From: a virus
Lineage: Duplodnaviria > Caudoviricetes
DNA length: 55,722 nt
IMG/VR virus record: IMGVR_UViG_3300042923_000857
Coordinates: 1 to 55,722 of that record
Strand: one strand, 5' to 3'
Positions 26,476 to 34,554 of this stretch are shown here, piece after piece. The notes beneath the pieces are model-generated. The model had not been told where the DNA came from and searched no databases. It saw only the letters and a list, made by a program, of their open reading frames with translations. The first letter of the stretch is position 1. Each line of letters starts with the position of its first letter. The position numbers were made by a program, and so were the translations under genes.

Positions 26476-28167
26476 TCAAATCAGAGCCTTGAAGTCATTC
26501 ATTCGGTTATACAGAACCGTATAGGCGATCAACAAAGAAACAGCCCCGTCAATTCGAGCCCGTTGGTTTTTGCCTTTGATTGGCCTGATATTGTCATTCG
26601 TGTCATGATGCACAGAACAGTTTGTTAGGTTCCAGAGAGTCAGCTGGTTGTTGTTATAGTTGATACGTTTGCCAGCTAAGTCAGCGCCCATTTGCTTCAT
26701 TGGTTGGCTAAATGTTTGAGCACCCTGACGGACAACCTCCATCGTAAATCCTTGACCTTGCATTTCGTCGACCCAGTACTTTGCATTCCATTGGTCGTAG
26801 CCAATCCATACAGGTGTGATGTCGAATTCCTTATACATCTTCAAGAACCATGCCGTTACATCGGTATAGTCCACTTTATTCCCGGCACAAGCTGTTAACC
26901 AACCGCGATCGATGTATCTATCGTAGGGGATCTTATCCTCATTGACGCGCTTCTCGATCAATTCCTCTGGAAGGAAATATTGTTGCAGCGCATAAATTTT
27001 ATCGTCCCCAGGCTTCATAACGAGCAATGTAGCGCAACTTAAATCAGTTGTGCTGGACAAATCCGAGCCGCCAACCGCGTATGATCCACGAAGGAATTCC
27101 ATGTCGTAAGTTGCATCGTTTTTGGCATCCTCATAAACCAACCAAGCCTCAGCGCTAGTCTCTCTGATATTAAAATCTTTGGTTAGAAGATTCTTGACCA
27201 GCATTGGATTGGCTTTGGCTTTATTGACCTTGGTTTGAAGTTGATCGATCTTTTTGATCGTGCCCAAACCGGGATTAGCTTTCGGCCAGCATTCAGGATC
27301 CGTCCATTCTTTCCGATCATCGAGCTCGTAAATAATCGGGAGGAACCGGTCGTCCTTGTAGCCTTCCGGATCGTCCAAACCGTTTAATACATCTTCGGCC
27401 TCGGAATACTTCTGGTCGTAGACAGCTTCGCGAACAGTGCCGGCCGTCGTGATCATGACGATTAGCGGTTGCTCCCGCGAGCTCGTACCATCCACGATTA
27501 CGTCATAGAGGTTCTTGTCCTTCCAAGCGTGTATCTCATCAAGTAGGGCGCCCGACACGTTGAGTCCATCCAGCGTCTCGCTATCGGCTCCCAGCGGCTT
27601 AAACGAGCTATCGTTCCAGTCAGATACCAACTCGCTAACAAGCGGCTTTATGCGACTGAGGAGGACGGGCGACTTCTTGACCATTCGCTTCGCTTCGAGC
27701 CATACGAGTTTCGCTTGATCCTTCTTTGTTGCGCATGCGTATACTTCCGCCCCAGGCTCGCCGTCCGCGATCTGAAGGTAAAGCCCGATACCGGATGCTA
27801 TGGTCGATTTCCCGTTCTTCCGGGCAACGACCAATAAGACCTCGCGGTATTTGCGGGTCCCGTCAATTTTATGGATGAATCCGAAAGTGGCAGCTATAAA
27901 AGCCTGTTGCCATAACTCCAGATCGATCGGCTTACCGCCCCATTTACCTTTCGAGTGCTTGCAGAAGTTCTCAATAAACTCGATGGCGTGGTTCGCGTGG
28001 CCGGGACTGTATTCGTATTCCGACTTCTGATCGTAAACGTTGGCAGCGAGCTTCCGGTAAATCCTCCGGACTTTATCTCCGACAACAACCTGTCCGTTTT
28101 CGATCTGCGTCCAATAGGCGAGTACGGGGTTATACGCTAATGGGTATTCGACTCTGAGCGCACTCAT
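26476..28167 (-). CDS. terL: Terminase large subunit
   Basis: LELWQ, VARKNGKS (Walker A), LLDEIH (Walker B), ITTAG, RIDGAVS. Confidence 0.95.
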   Translation of the reverse strand: MSALRVEYPLAYNPVLAYWTQIENGQVVVGDKVRRIYRKLAANVYDQKSEYEYSPGHANHAIEFIENFCKHSKGKWGGKPIDLELWQQAFIAATFGFIHKIDGTRKYREVLLVVARKNGKSTIASGIGLYLQIADGEPGAEVYACATKKDQAKLVWLEAKRMVKKSPVLLSRIKPLVSELVSDWNDSSFKPLGADSETLDGLNVSGALLDEIHAWKDKNLYDVIVDGTSSREQPLIVMITTAGTVREAVYDQKYSEAEDVLNGLDDPEGYKDDRFLPIIYELDDRKEWTDPECWPKANPGLGTIKKIDQLQTKVNKAKANPMLVKNLLTKDFNIRETSAEAWLVYEDAKNDATYDMEFLRGSYAVGGSDLSSTTDLSCATLLVMKPGDDKIYALQQYFLPEELIEKRVNEDKIPYDRYIDRGWLTACAGNKVDYTDVTAWFLKMYKEFDITPVWIGYDQWNAKYWVDEMQGQGFTMEVVRQGAQTFSQPMKQMGADLAGKRINYNNNQLTLWNLTNCSVHHDTNDNIRPIKGKNQRARIDGAVSLLIAYTVLYNRMNDFKALI

Positions 28168-28604
28168 CGCTTATTCGCCAATTCGTCGCGCTTATTCGTC
28201 CATTCGTCGAATCCATCGCTTTTAGGATTACTTTTCACGCCGCCCTCTCCGTCACCTTTCGGTATCAGGTCGGTAAGTTGCTTGATGATCTGCTGATAGT
28301 TCCGGTTCATTTGATTGTAGAGCCGGGCAACCGGACGCTCCCGTTCATACGCCGCAGTCTTCTCGGATTGCGTGAACTGTTCGACATATCCGCGGTCGTC
28401 TAAGTCCGCCTCGTAATCTTCCAGCGAGACGAGCATGAATGCAGCTCGTCGAATTAATCCGTTGGCGATCCCCATCTGTTCGGCGGGAATCTTCTCGTAA
28501 CTCTTCCGAAGTCGCTTCTCTTCGGCCGAAACCCTACGCTTTTTATCCCGCTGTCGCTTCTTCTTCGCTAGCTCCTCGAGCCGCTTGGCCTCATCGCCCT
28601 CCAT
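28164..28604 (-). CDS. terS: Terminase small subunit
   Basis: Helical protein coupled directly upstream of terL. Confidence 0.75.
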   Translation of the reverse strand: MEGDEAKRLEELAKKKRQRDKKRRVSAEEKRLRKSYEKIPAEQMGIANGLIRRAAFMLVSLEDYEADLDDRGYVEQFTQSEKTAAYERERPVARLYNQMNRNYQQIIKQLTDLIPKGDGEGGVKSNPKSDGFDEWTNKRDELANKR

Positions 28605-28688
28605 CGTATCACCTCACTTTGGGGTAGGGGGGTCATGCGCAAGCCCTGCGCGTTCTTTGAATGGGGCACAACGGTGTTCAGCCGGAGC

Positions 28689-28898
28689 CTAGTCTGGGTC
28701 AGACCGGGGGGGCTTGGCCTGATCCGTGGTTAGGACAACGGTGGCGTCCTGTCTTCCACCCCACCAATCCGTCTGACCGTCTGCCCAAACGTTGAAATGG
28801 TATATATCGCAGAACACTACCGATACCTCTTCTAAGAAGGCAGCAACAACGCCCGATCCATCAGGTACAGTGTTATCGCATTGCTCGCATATCTTCAT
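28689..28898 (-). CDS. Small Cys-containing hypothetical protein
   Basis: ORF track; CxxC motif. Confidence 0.4.
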   Translation of the reverse strand: MKICEQCDNTVPDGSGVVAAFLEEVSVVFCDIYHFNVWADGQTDWWGGRQDATVVLTTDQAKPPRSDPD

Positions 28899-28905
28899 TC
28901 GCTCT

Positions 28906-29103
28906 CTACCTCTCCTCCCACGCTACCCTGTACCACGTCCATGGTAGATACCACTTACCTACCCATACAGACCTTGCTATTACAAACTCCACATTGTTAG
29001 GCGCCCCACAGTGAGGGCATATAGGCATGAAGAACTTCGAACTAAACTGAGCATCGGCTACTATCTCCCTACACCCTAAGCACTTAGCCCACTTGTTCCA
29101 CAT
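28906..29103 (-). CDS. Small zinc-ribbon protein
   Basis: Two CxxC pairs. Confidence 0.5.
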   Translation of the reverse strand: MWNKWAKCLGCREIVADAQFSSKFFMPICPHCGAPNNVEFVIARSVWVGKWYLPWTWYRVAWEER

Positions 29104-29104
29104 A

Positions 29105-29617
29105 TTACTTATCGCTCCTATCCGCAGTACACCCTGTTATATACTCCACCTCATGGGTAGTCGCCTCGCCCACGGCTGCATGAATAGTGATGGACCTTAC
29201 GCCTTTCAGTTGCTGGCCATCCTGATAGACCTTTGCATAATGACCGCCCTTCTCCTGAACGAACAGAAGAGCAGGGTGCTGGTCGAGCATTAGCGGTATA
29301 CCACTCACTACGCCCAACCCTAGATCCTTCTCGATGCTGTCGCATGCAGTTTGAATTCGCTTGGCGATTTCTTTCCTTTCTTCGCTGTGAGCAGCGGTAT
29401 CGAGCATATGCCGTAACTCAGCTAAGTACCGCACCTTATCTTGCATAGCATTCCTGTCATATGGCTTCATTCGAATCACTCCATCTTCTTTATTTAATTG
29501 ATTTTCAGGAATAGGCATCATTGGACCTTTACATTTCGGGCAACTTTTCCCGTCGAGGTTTCGTTTATCGATAATAGAGAAATCGCAATCTAAGCATCCA
29601 TAACCACCGATATTCAT
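29105..29617 (-). CDS. Hypothetical protein with N-terminal zinc ribbon
   Basis: CLDC...CPKC; AAGGAG RBS. Confidence 0.6.
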   Translation of the reverse strand: MNIGGYGCLDCDFSIIDKRNLDGKSCPKCKGPMMPIPENQLNKEDGVIRMKPYDRNAMQDKVRYLAELRHMLDTAAHSEERKEIAKRIQTACDSIEKDLGLGVVSGIPLMLDQHPALLFVQEKGGHYAKVYQDGQQLKGVRSITIHAAVGEATTHEVEYITGCTADRSDK

Positions 29618-29629
29618 TTAATCGCTCCT

Positions 29630-29842
29630 TTAACGTGAGTGATAGACTGTTACATCATCTCCACTCGCTAGATCAACGCTCAACACCCAATGCCTATTAG
29701 CTTCCATGTAGAACTTGAACTGTTCATCAATCGATTCTCTGTTTAACTCTATCCAGCCACGTGCTTCAGGAGTAACCCCCATCTGCTTTATAAACTCATC
29801 GAGCGTTGCACGGGACTTGCCGTTCCCCCTGCCGATCGTCAT
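29630..29842 (-). CDS. Hypothetical protein
   Basis: AAGGGGG RBS. Confidence 0.55.
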   Translation of the reverse strand: MTIGRGNGKSRATLDEFIKQMGVTPEARGWIELNRESIDEQFKFYMEANRHWVLSVDLASGDDVTVYHSR

Positions 29843-29900
29843 ACAAACATCCCCCTTATGCTTAATTTGGACAAAAGAAAAAGCCGCCTATTTAGCGACT

Positions 29901-30053
29901 TCACCGCTCCAAGATGCCGTTAACACGATCCATCATTTCATCGCGAACAGGGATGGGTATACGCTCATCCTTGCTCATATCAATGAGTACCTGACATAGT
30001 TCTTGAACAACGTCAAGTTCAGTCATCTTCACCTCGACCTGCAATCCAGCCAT
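29901..30053 (-). CDS. Hypothetical protein (50 aa, MAGLQVEVKMTELDVV...)
   Basis: Hand-translated; AAGGGG RBS; followed by a terminator. Confidence 0.55.
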   Translation of the reverse strand: MAGLQVEVKMTELDVVQELCQVLIDMSKDERIPIPVRDEMMDRVNGILER

Positions 30054-30113
30054 ATGCATTTCCCCTTTTAATTTGGTCAAAAGAAAAAGCCACTCGATTG
30101 AGTGACTTGATTT

Positions 30114-30332
30114 TCATATTTCAGTGAAAATAGAGATGTCTGATGGTATTACATCACGTTGATCCGCCTTTGTTACTTCCCTGTTTACCGAATGCTTTAT
30201 TTCCTCTGTCGTTTCTTTAACATACATCTCAACGATTTCTTCGGGTGTTGCCCCCATTGCGATATACCCATCAACTACACTGGACCATACGGCATATTTA
30301 CCGTTCGTTTGCTTATCTATTCTTCTCCCCAC
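30114..30332 (-). CDS. Hypothetical protein
   Basis: Coupled to the HNH gene; YAVWSSVVDG motif. Confidence 0.55.
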   Translation of the reverse strand: MGRRIDKQTNGKYAVWSSVVDGYIAMGATPEEIVEMYVKETTEEIKHSVNREVTKADQRDVIPSDISIFTEI

Positions 30333-30637
30333 ATTCGATCACCAACCTGTATCAGATTTCCCTCGCTATCAAACGCAAGCCCCTCTGCCGTCACCGGCTC
30401 ATGGCTGCCGTGATGTTCCTTGTTATGGCAATCCTGACAAACGTATTCGAGTAGATCGTGATTAAGCGATATCGCCGGATCGTTTATATTGGTCGGCGTT
30501 AGATATACCTTATGATGGACAATATACCCTGGCGCCGGGCAACGTTCGCATAAGCCAAACACCTTCTTGATGTATGCTGCTCTGCACTTCTTCCATGCCT
30601 TGCTGTTATAGAACTTAATCGACCATTCTTTAGCCAT
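30317..30637 (-). CDS. HNH endonuclease (packaging-associated)
   Basis: FYNSKAWKKCR, CERC, VHHK, CQDCHNKEH. Confidence 0.9.
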   Translation of the reverse strand: MAKEWSIKFYNSKAWKKCRAAYIKKVFGLCERCPAPGYIVHHKVYLTPTNINDPAISLNHDLLEYVCQDCHNKEHHGSHEPVTAEGLAFDSEGNLIQVGDRMWGEE

Positions 30638-30657
30638 TTCAGCTCCCAAGATATTAA

Positions 30658-30750
30658 TTGACATATTTTAGTGCAGATTGTATGCTATTCTCAAATCCGA
30701 TAGCATCGGTCAAAGTTGAGTCGAGGGAAAGCATCCCCGGCTCTTTTTGT
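30658..30750 (+). ncRNA. Candidate small RNA (about 55-60 nt) with its own SigA promoter and terminator
   Basis: TTGACA-17-TATGCT (30658-30686), two hairpins, then a T-rich tail; no ORF. Confidence 0.5.
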
Positions 30751-30790
30751 TTGTCTTGGTGTTGATTTTCTTCGTTTTTCTCATTTGTCA

Positions 30791-30830
30791 AGACAAATTC
30801 ACCTATGGTTTAGACGTTTTCACCTATGGT
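30791..30830 (+). promoter_or_regulatory. Direct repeat with 21-bp period (LytTR-type geometry) upstream of the 30909 moron promoter
   Basis: TTCACCTATGGT at 30798 and 30819; -10-like TAGTAT at 30863. Confidence 0.6.
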
Positions 30831-30908
30831 CAATTTATCTGTATTTCCTTCTGGCTTTGCGGTAGTATTAATTGCAGGAGAAGCACTCCGGGAAAGAGGT
30901 GAAAAACA

Positions 30909-31124
30909 ATGAATCCTACTTATGAATTCCATGGGTATAAAATTATCGCTAACGGCTCTAAGGTGAACTTTTATAAACCCATTAATGATGAGTCAGAGCT
31001 TTTAGTTCTGAAAGATCAAGCAATCTTTGCCAAAGTGAATTTTGTTGGCGATGGGGCAATTAATGTATCATCACCCGACGGTGTCCGCATTCAGGGACAA
31101 ACAATCACTCTTCTAAGTCGATAA
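30909..31124 (+). CDS. Small beta-rich hypothetical protein (moron)
   Basis: GAGGTG RBS; opposite strand; downstream hairpin. Confidence 0.7.
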   Translation: MNPTYEFHGYKIIANGSKVNFYKPINDESELLVLKDQAIFAKVNFVGDGAINVSSPDGVRIQGQTITLLSR

Positions 31125-31176
31125 CATCGAAAAAACTCTGTAGCGAGTGCACGCGCTATAGAGCTGATAATCATCT

Positions 31177-31524
31177 TCACCCCTCGGTCAAAGACATCTC
31201 ATTCTTCCTCAAGATATCTCCCATCTTCATCCTGCGGTAAAACACAAGTTCGGACGTCGGTATTTCATACTCTTGGCGATTGCCGTGAAGCGAATATCGG
31301 TACTGGCGCTCGCCGATCGGAACGTCATATACCCACATTCTATTGGCTTTCATTCTTACGTGCGACTCTTCCAGCTCCGTCATTAATTCTCGCCCTAATG
31401 ACTTTGCCGCTAATTGCAATAGTGACGTCGACTTAGCGACTTGATCCTTCATGTCCTCGACCATGGTCAATATCGCGATATGGCTGCTTAGGGAATTGAT
31501 TGGGTCAAAGCTACTTGCTGACAT
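31177..31524 (-). CDS. YhjD-like SOS-regulated hypothetical protein
   Basis: ATG 31524 with AAGGGTG RBS; LexA box in the promoter. Family resemblance judged by eye only. Confidence 0.55.
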   Translation of the reverse strand: MSASSFDPINSLSSHIAILTMVEDMKDQVAKSTSLLQLAAKSLGRELMTELEESHVRMKANRMWVYDVPIGERQYRYSLHGNRQEYEIPTSELVFYRRMKMGDILRKNEMSLTEG

Positions 31525-31555
31525 CGAGATCACCCTTTGTTGATTTGGTGTTCTC

Positions 31556-31577
31556 ATTATACACGAACAATTGTTCT
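31556..31577 (-). promoter_or_regulatory. LexA (Cheo) box next to a TATAAT -10
   Basis: GAAC-aatt-GTTC at 31565-31576; TATAAT at 31561-31556. Confidence 0.75.
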
Positions 31578-31781
31578 CGTTTCTAGTGGTAGTTAAAACG
31601 GCCATTTACTGACGCAGGCCGCATGCGCTGCCGATCCGAACCTTGTTCATAGGTGCTTGGCATCAACACCCAAGGAGTGTACATCCCCACCTACTGGGGC
31701 ATTTACCCTTGCCGGCAGGTCTAATGTCATCGGGATGTTTTAGGGAGGTTCGGCGTAACGAAAATGAGGGATAAGCATTGT

Positions 31782-31857
31782 TGGTAGCGGAGAAGGGGAT
31801 TCGAACCCCCACCTTTCACATTGTCGTGAATGAGCTATCCGTTACACTAACCCCGCA
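31782..31857 (-). tRNA. tRNA-like element / pseudo-tRNA (no assignable anticodon)
   Basis: GCGGGG/CTCCGC acceptor, GGGGG-TTCGAAT-CCCCT T arm, ACCA end; the anticodon loop is only 6 nt (GACAAT). Confidence 0.6.
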
Positions 31858-32035
31858 TATTAAGGCGGTAATTTATAAAATGCGGCTACCGCTAATCCGC
31901 CTGTCCCCGGAATGGGGCTCTTCGCGTCCTCGGGCTATTACCCTCACAGGACAAGGCTCAATGGGTTTGATATGTGAAGCGCTACGGGCAGACTAACAGG
32001 CTCTCCAGCCTCCGGGCGCTTGTCACTTTATTAAT

Positions 32036-32146
32036 CGTGAGGCATAGGACTCTCACCTATGCATGAGGGTTTCCGTATTTCACGGCATGTTTGTTACGTT
32101 CCGCCCTCTTATCTGCCGTTAAGCGTCTGTATTCCGCCACCCACGT
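32036..32146 (-). ncRNA. tRNA-like element with a Leu/Ser-type D arm and an expanded anticodon region
   Basis: CGTGGG/CTCACG acceptor, TGGCGGAAT..AGACGC D arm, ATAGG-TGAGAGT-CCTAT T-like arm, about 60-nt insert. Confidence 0.5.
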
Positions 32147-32185
32147 AAGTCATCGAAAAACCGCCGTCGGAGCTTTCACCGCAAA

Positions 32186-32217
32186 ATAAAAAGCCATCCT
32201 GTAATGATGGCTTTTTC
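32186..32217. terminator. Bidirectional terminator-like hairpin in the late leader
   Basis: AAAAAGCCATC-ctgtaat-GATGGCTTTTT. Confidence 0.65.
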
Positions 32218-32325
32218 GGTGCGCCGGCGATATAAGGGGATCAAATCATCCACATCTCGGCGGCACTAATATGATGGGGCATTCATGCCCCCGCGGTGTC
32301 CTCTGTTCGGTTTTCCGATGATATA

Positions 32326-32382
32326 AATATAACACGTACAAATTGCAGTGACACGCAGTAAACACGCAAAATATACGAAAAA
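32326..32382 (-). promoter_or_regulatory. Putative ArpU-activated late promoter
   Basis: Extended -10 TGTTATATT with no good -35; ACACGC/ATACG repeats at 32351, 32362 and 32373 (11-bp period). Confidence 0.55.
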
Positions 32383-32395
32383 AAAGCTCACGAAT

Positions 32396-32560
32396 TTAAT
32401 TCATGAATAAAGCAACAATAGCGACGGCAAGCCCGAGAACACCTGTAATTACACCGATGATTCCGATAACGAAATTCCGTTTACTATCAGCATTCATTTT
32501 CTTTAATTCGTCTTGGATCTCACTTATCCCGTTAACGTTGCTATAAAATTGCTTCCCCAT
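32396..32560 (-). CDS. Small membrane protein (54 aa, C-terminal TM)
   Basis: Hand-translated MGKQFYSN...FVIGIIGVITGVLGLAVAIVALFMN; GAGGGG RBS. Confidence 0.55.
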   Translation of the reverse strand: MGKQFYSNVNGISEIQDELKKMNADSKRNFVIGIIGVITGVLGLAVAIVALFMN

Positions 32561-32699
32561 CACGATTCCCCTCGTCTTCTCCGATTTATCCTAATGATAG
32601 AAAGTATCACATATTTTGATTTCCCTGAACAGCAGAAAAACCCGCCTCCCCTGTGGCATTGGAGAATGGCGGGATAACCCGGTACGGTAAGTTTATGCA

Positions 32700-33389
32700 T
32701 TAAGAGGAAGTGTTTTCGGCTGGCGCTTCTTCCTTAGGCAACTCCATTCGGATCTCGAAATCGATCCCCTCGCCTTGTAGTTTGTAACGGTGAATGTTGG
32801 TTCTTGAAGGATACGTGCTCACTTCCTTTTTTTGAAGCCAGTCCGTGCCGGTTGCCACGTCCCCTAGAACTTCGGTAGCGACTTCTGGTGTTACATGCGG
32901 ATTCTTTGATGTCGAGAATATACTCCAGCTTGCCTCTACCCACGCTTCGATAACCACATTTGCATCGACCCCGTATAATTCCCGTGACAACGAACATAAC
33001 CGATGTACTGCCCAAGCCGACTTTGACATTGATTTTGGTGGGGACTTCAAAAGCTTACGTTTCTTTCCTGCTCGCACCCCTTCCCTTTTGAAAATTGTCA
33101 CATCGAGGTCTTTATCCAGACCTCCGCCATTCGCGCAGAAGAAAGTCAACTTATCATCACTATCGGCTGTATGCCATTCGTTTGTCCAAGACGCTCCACC
33201 GTCCTCTGCTATGTCAGCCACAACCAACCGGGCAAGGTATGTTGTTGAAGTCCACCCATGGATGTTTACCTTTATGTCCACATCTAGACCGTGTTCATCT
33301 TTCATTACCTTTCTTAGGGCGATCACTGCCCCGGCGATTGTCCGGACGGACGGAACTGGTATCGGCTTAGCTTTTCGCTTGGCTGTCAT
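32700..33389 (-). CDS. Hypothetical protein (two similar halves)
   Basis: Coupled to the acyltransferase; AAGGAGG RBS. Confidence 0.65.
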   Translation of the reverse strand: MTAKRKAKPIPVPSVRTIAGAVIALRKVMKDEHGLDVDIKVNIHGWTSTTYLARLVVADIAEDGGASWTNEWHTADSDDKLTFFCANGGGLDKDLDVTIFKREGVRAGKKRKLLKSPPKSMSKSAWAVHRLCSLSRELYGVDANVVIEAWVEASWSIFSTSKNPHVTPEVATEVLGDVATGTDWLQKKEVSTYPSRTNIHRYKLQGEGIDFEIRMELPKEEAPAENTSS

Positions 33390-34486
33390 TTAATCATTCC
33401 TCCTTTTAATAATGCTTTGTAGTTATCGCCTACGAATGCACCAGGCTCCTTGTACGATCTCGTGGTCCGGATGCCACCAACGAGATACTTACCAAGCGGA
33501 TGCTTATTGACGATGTGAACTGTAACGATCGATGCGATAACCGACGATATGAAAAGCATTGCGACCCCGTAGCCTCCGAGATAAATTCCCACAACGCCGA
33601 GAGCTTTGTTCGTTGCTCGCATGAAGAAGAAATGAAGCAGGTAGATCCCGAACGAATACTTGCTAACGAACCCTAATATGGCGGGTTGTCGCTTGAGCCG
33701 TGTGAAGGCGAGGAATAGGGCTAGGATCATCGTGACCGTGAATACCACCATATCCATACGCTTTGAGCCGTAGGGCATGACGTCGAACGTGTTGACGTAC
33801 AACACGATTCCAAGTGCGATAACTGGAGTTGTCAAAACGATAACCGGATGCGCCTTTAGCATCTGAATGAATCGTTGATAGTTCTTCCCGCAGTAATACG
33901 CCAGTGCGAAATAGAATAACCAGCCGATACAAGGAACCCAATACCCGCCTTCCCATAGATATACAACCGAATCGTTAGGCGGTGAGCTGAGATTAAAGAA
34001 AGCCAGATACGCCAAGTTTATGATGAACGAGCCGGTTAATATGATCGGAGCGGATACCTTGCTAAGATACTTGATGAATAAGCGATGGAGAATATAGAAC
34101 TGGAGAATGACGAGAATGAACCATGGACCATGGATGCTGCCGAGTAGGTTGTATGTAAAATCTTTGAGCAGAAGCGGTATGTTGTTGTAATTGGGGACGA
34201 ACGAATTGAAAAAGGAAATGAACACGAACGGCAGGAGGATCGGCAGCACTCGCTTCTTAAAGAAGGAGCCCGGTAATCGGTCTGGATAGCTTCGAGACAA
34301 TATTAGTTCAGAGATGAAGACGAATGTCGGTGTACCGAAGGCGAGGATTCCGACGATGGTGAGTGCCATTTGATTTGTTGTGTCATAGAAATCGTTAGCG
34401 TAAAGAATGGAATGCAGGAGAACCACACATAAGCATGCAATTGACCTTATTGAATTGATTTCTTTAATAACCACTTTGTCCGCCAT
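33386..34486 (-). CDS. Acyltransferase-3 family (IcaC/YfiQ-like) membrane O-acyltransferase
   Basis: IRSIACLCVVLLH, FGTPTFVFIS, WFILVILQFY, YSFGIYLLH; about 10 TM. Confidence 0.88.
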   Translation of the reverse strand: MADKVVIKEINSIRSIACLCVVLLHSILYANDFYDTTNQMALTIVGILAFGTPTFVFISELILSRSYPDRLPGSFFKKRVLPILLPFVFISFFNSFVPNYNNIPLLLKDFTYNLLGSIHGPWFILVILQFYILHRLFIKYLSKVSAPIILTGSFIINLAYLAFFNLSSPPNDSVVYLWEGGYWVPCIGWLFYFALAYYCGKNYQRFIQMLKAHPVIVLTTPVIALGIVLYVNTFDVMPYGSKRMDMVVFTVTMILALFLAFTRLKRQPAILGFVSKYSFGIYLLHFFFMRATNKALGVVGIYLGGYGVAMLFISSVIASIVTVHIVNKHPLGKYLVGGIRTTRSYKEPGAFVGDNYKALLKGGMIK

Positions 34487-34554
34487 GAGAAACACACAAC
34501 TCCTTTTAATATAAAAATGAATCACAGCAAGGGTTTAACCTTTGTGTGATTCAA

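Larger units (their letters stand above)
31600..32320 (-). ncRNA. Large structured non-coding late leader / ncRNA cluster
   Basis: No credible ORF; many nested and crossing helices; two tRNA-like folds. Confidence 0.6.

Noticed and set aside
28610-28720. Exact cos site
   Set aside because: The G/C-run region upstream of terS is a plausible location, but the cut site cannot be determined without read-end data.
31720-31735. Hammerhead ribozyme (minus-strand CCGATGA resembles CUGAUGA)
   Set aside because: The core has a mismatch and there is no correctly placed GAAA or cleavage triplet.
31782-31857. Functional tRNA with an assignable anticodon
   Set aside because: It has a 6-nt anticodon loop, acceptor and D-stem mismatches, and an extra base before CCA. 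Kept only as tRNA-like.
31778-31996. 72-aa plus-strand ORF in the RNA region
   Set aside because: It is the antisense of the tRNA-like fold, has a TTG start, and shows no protein-like features.
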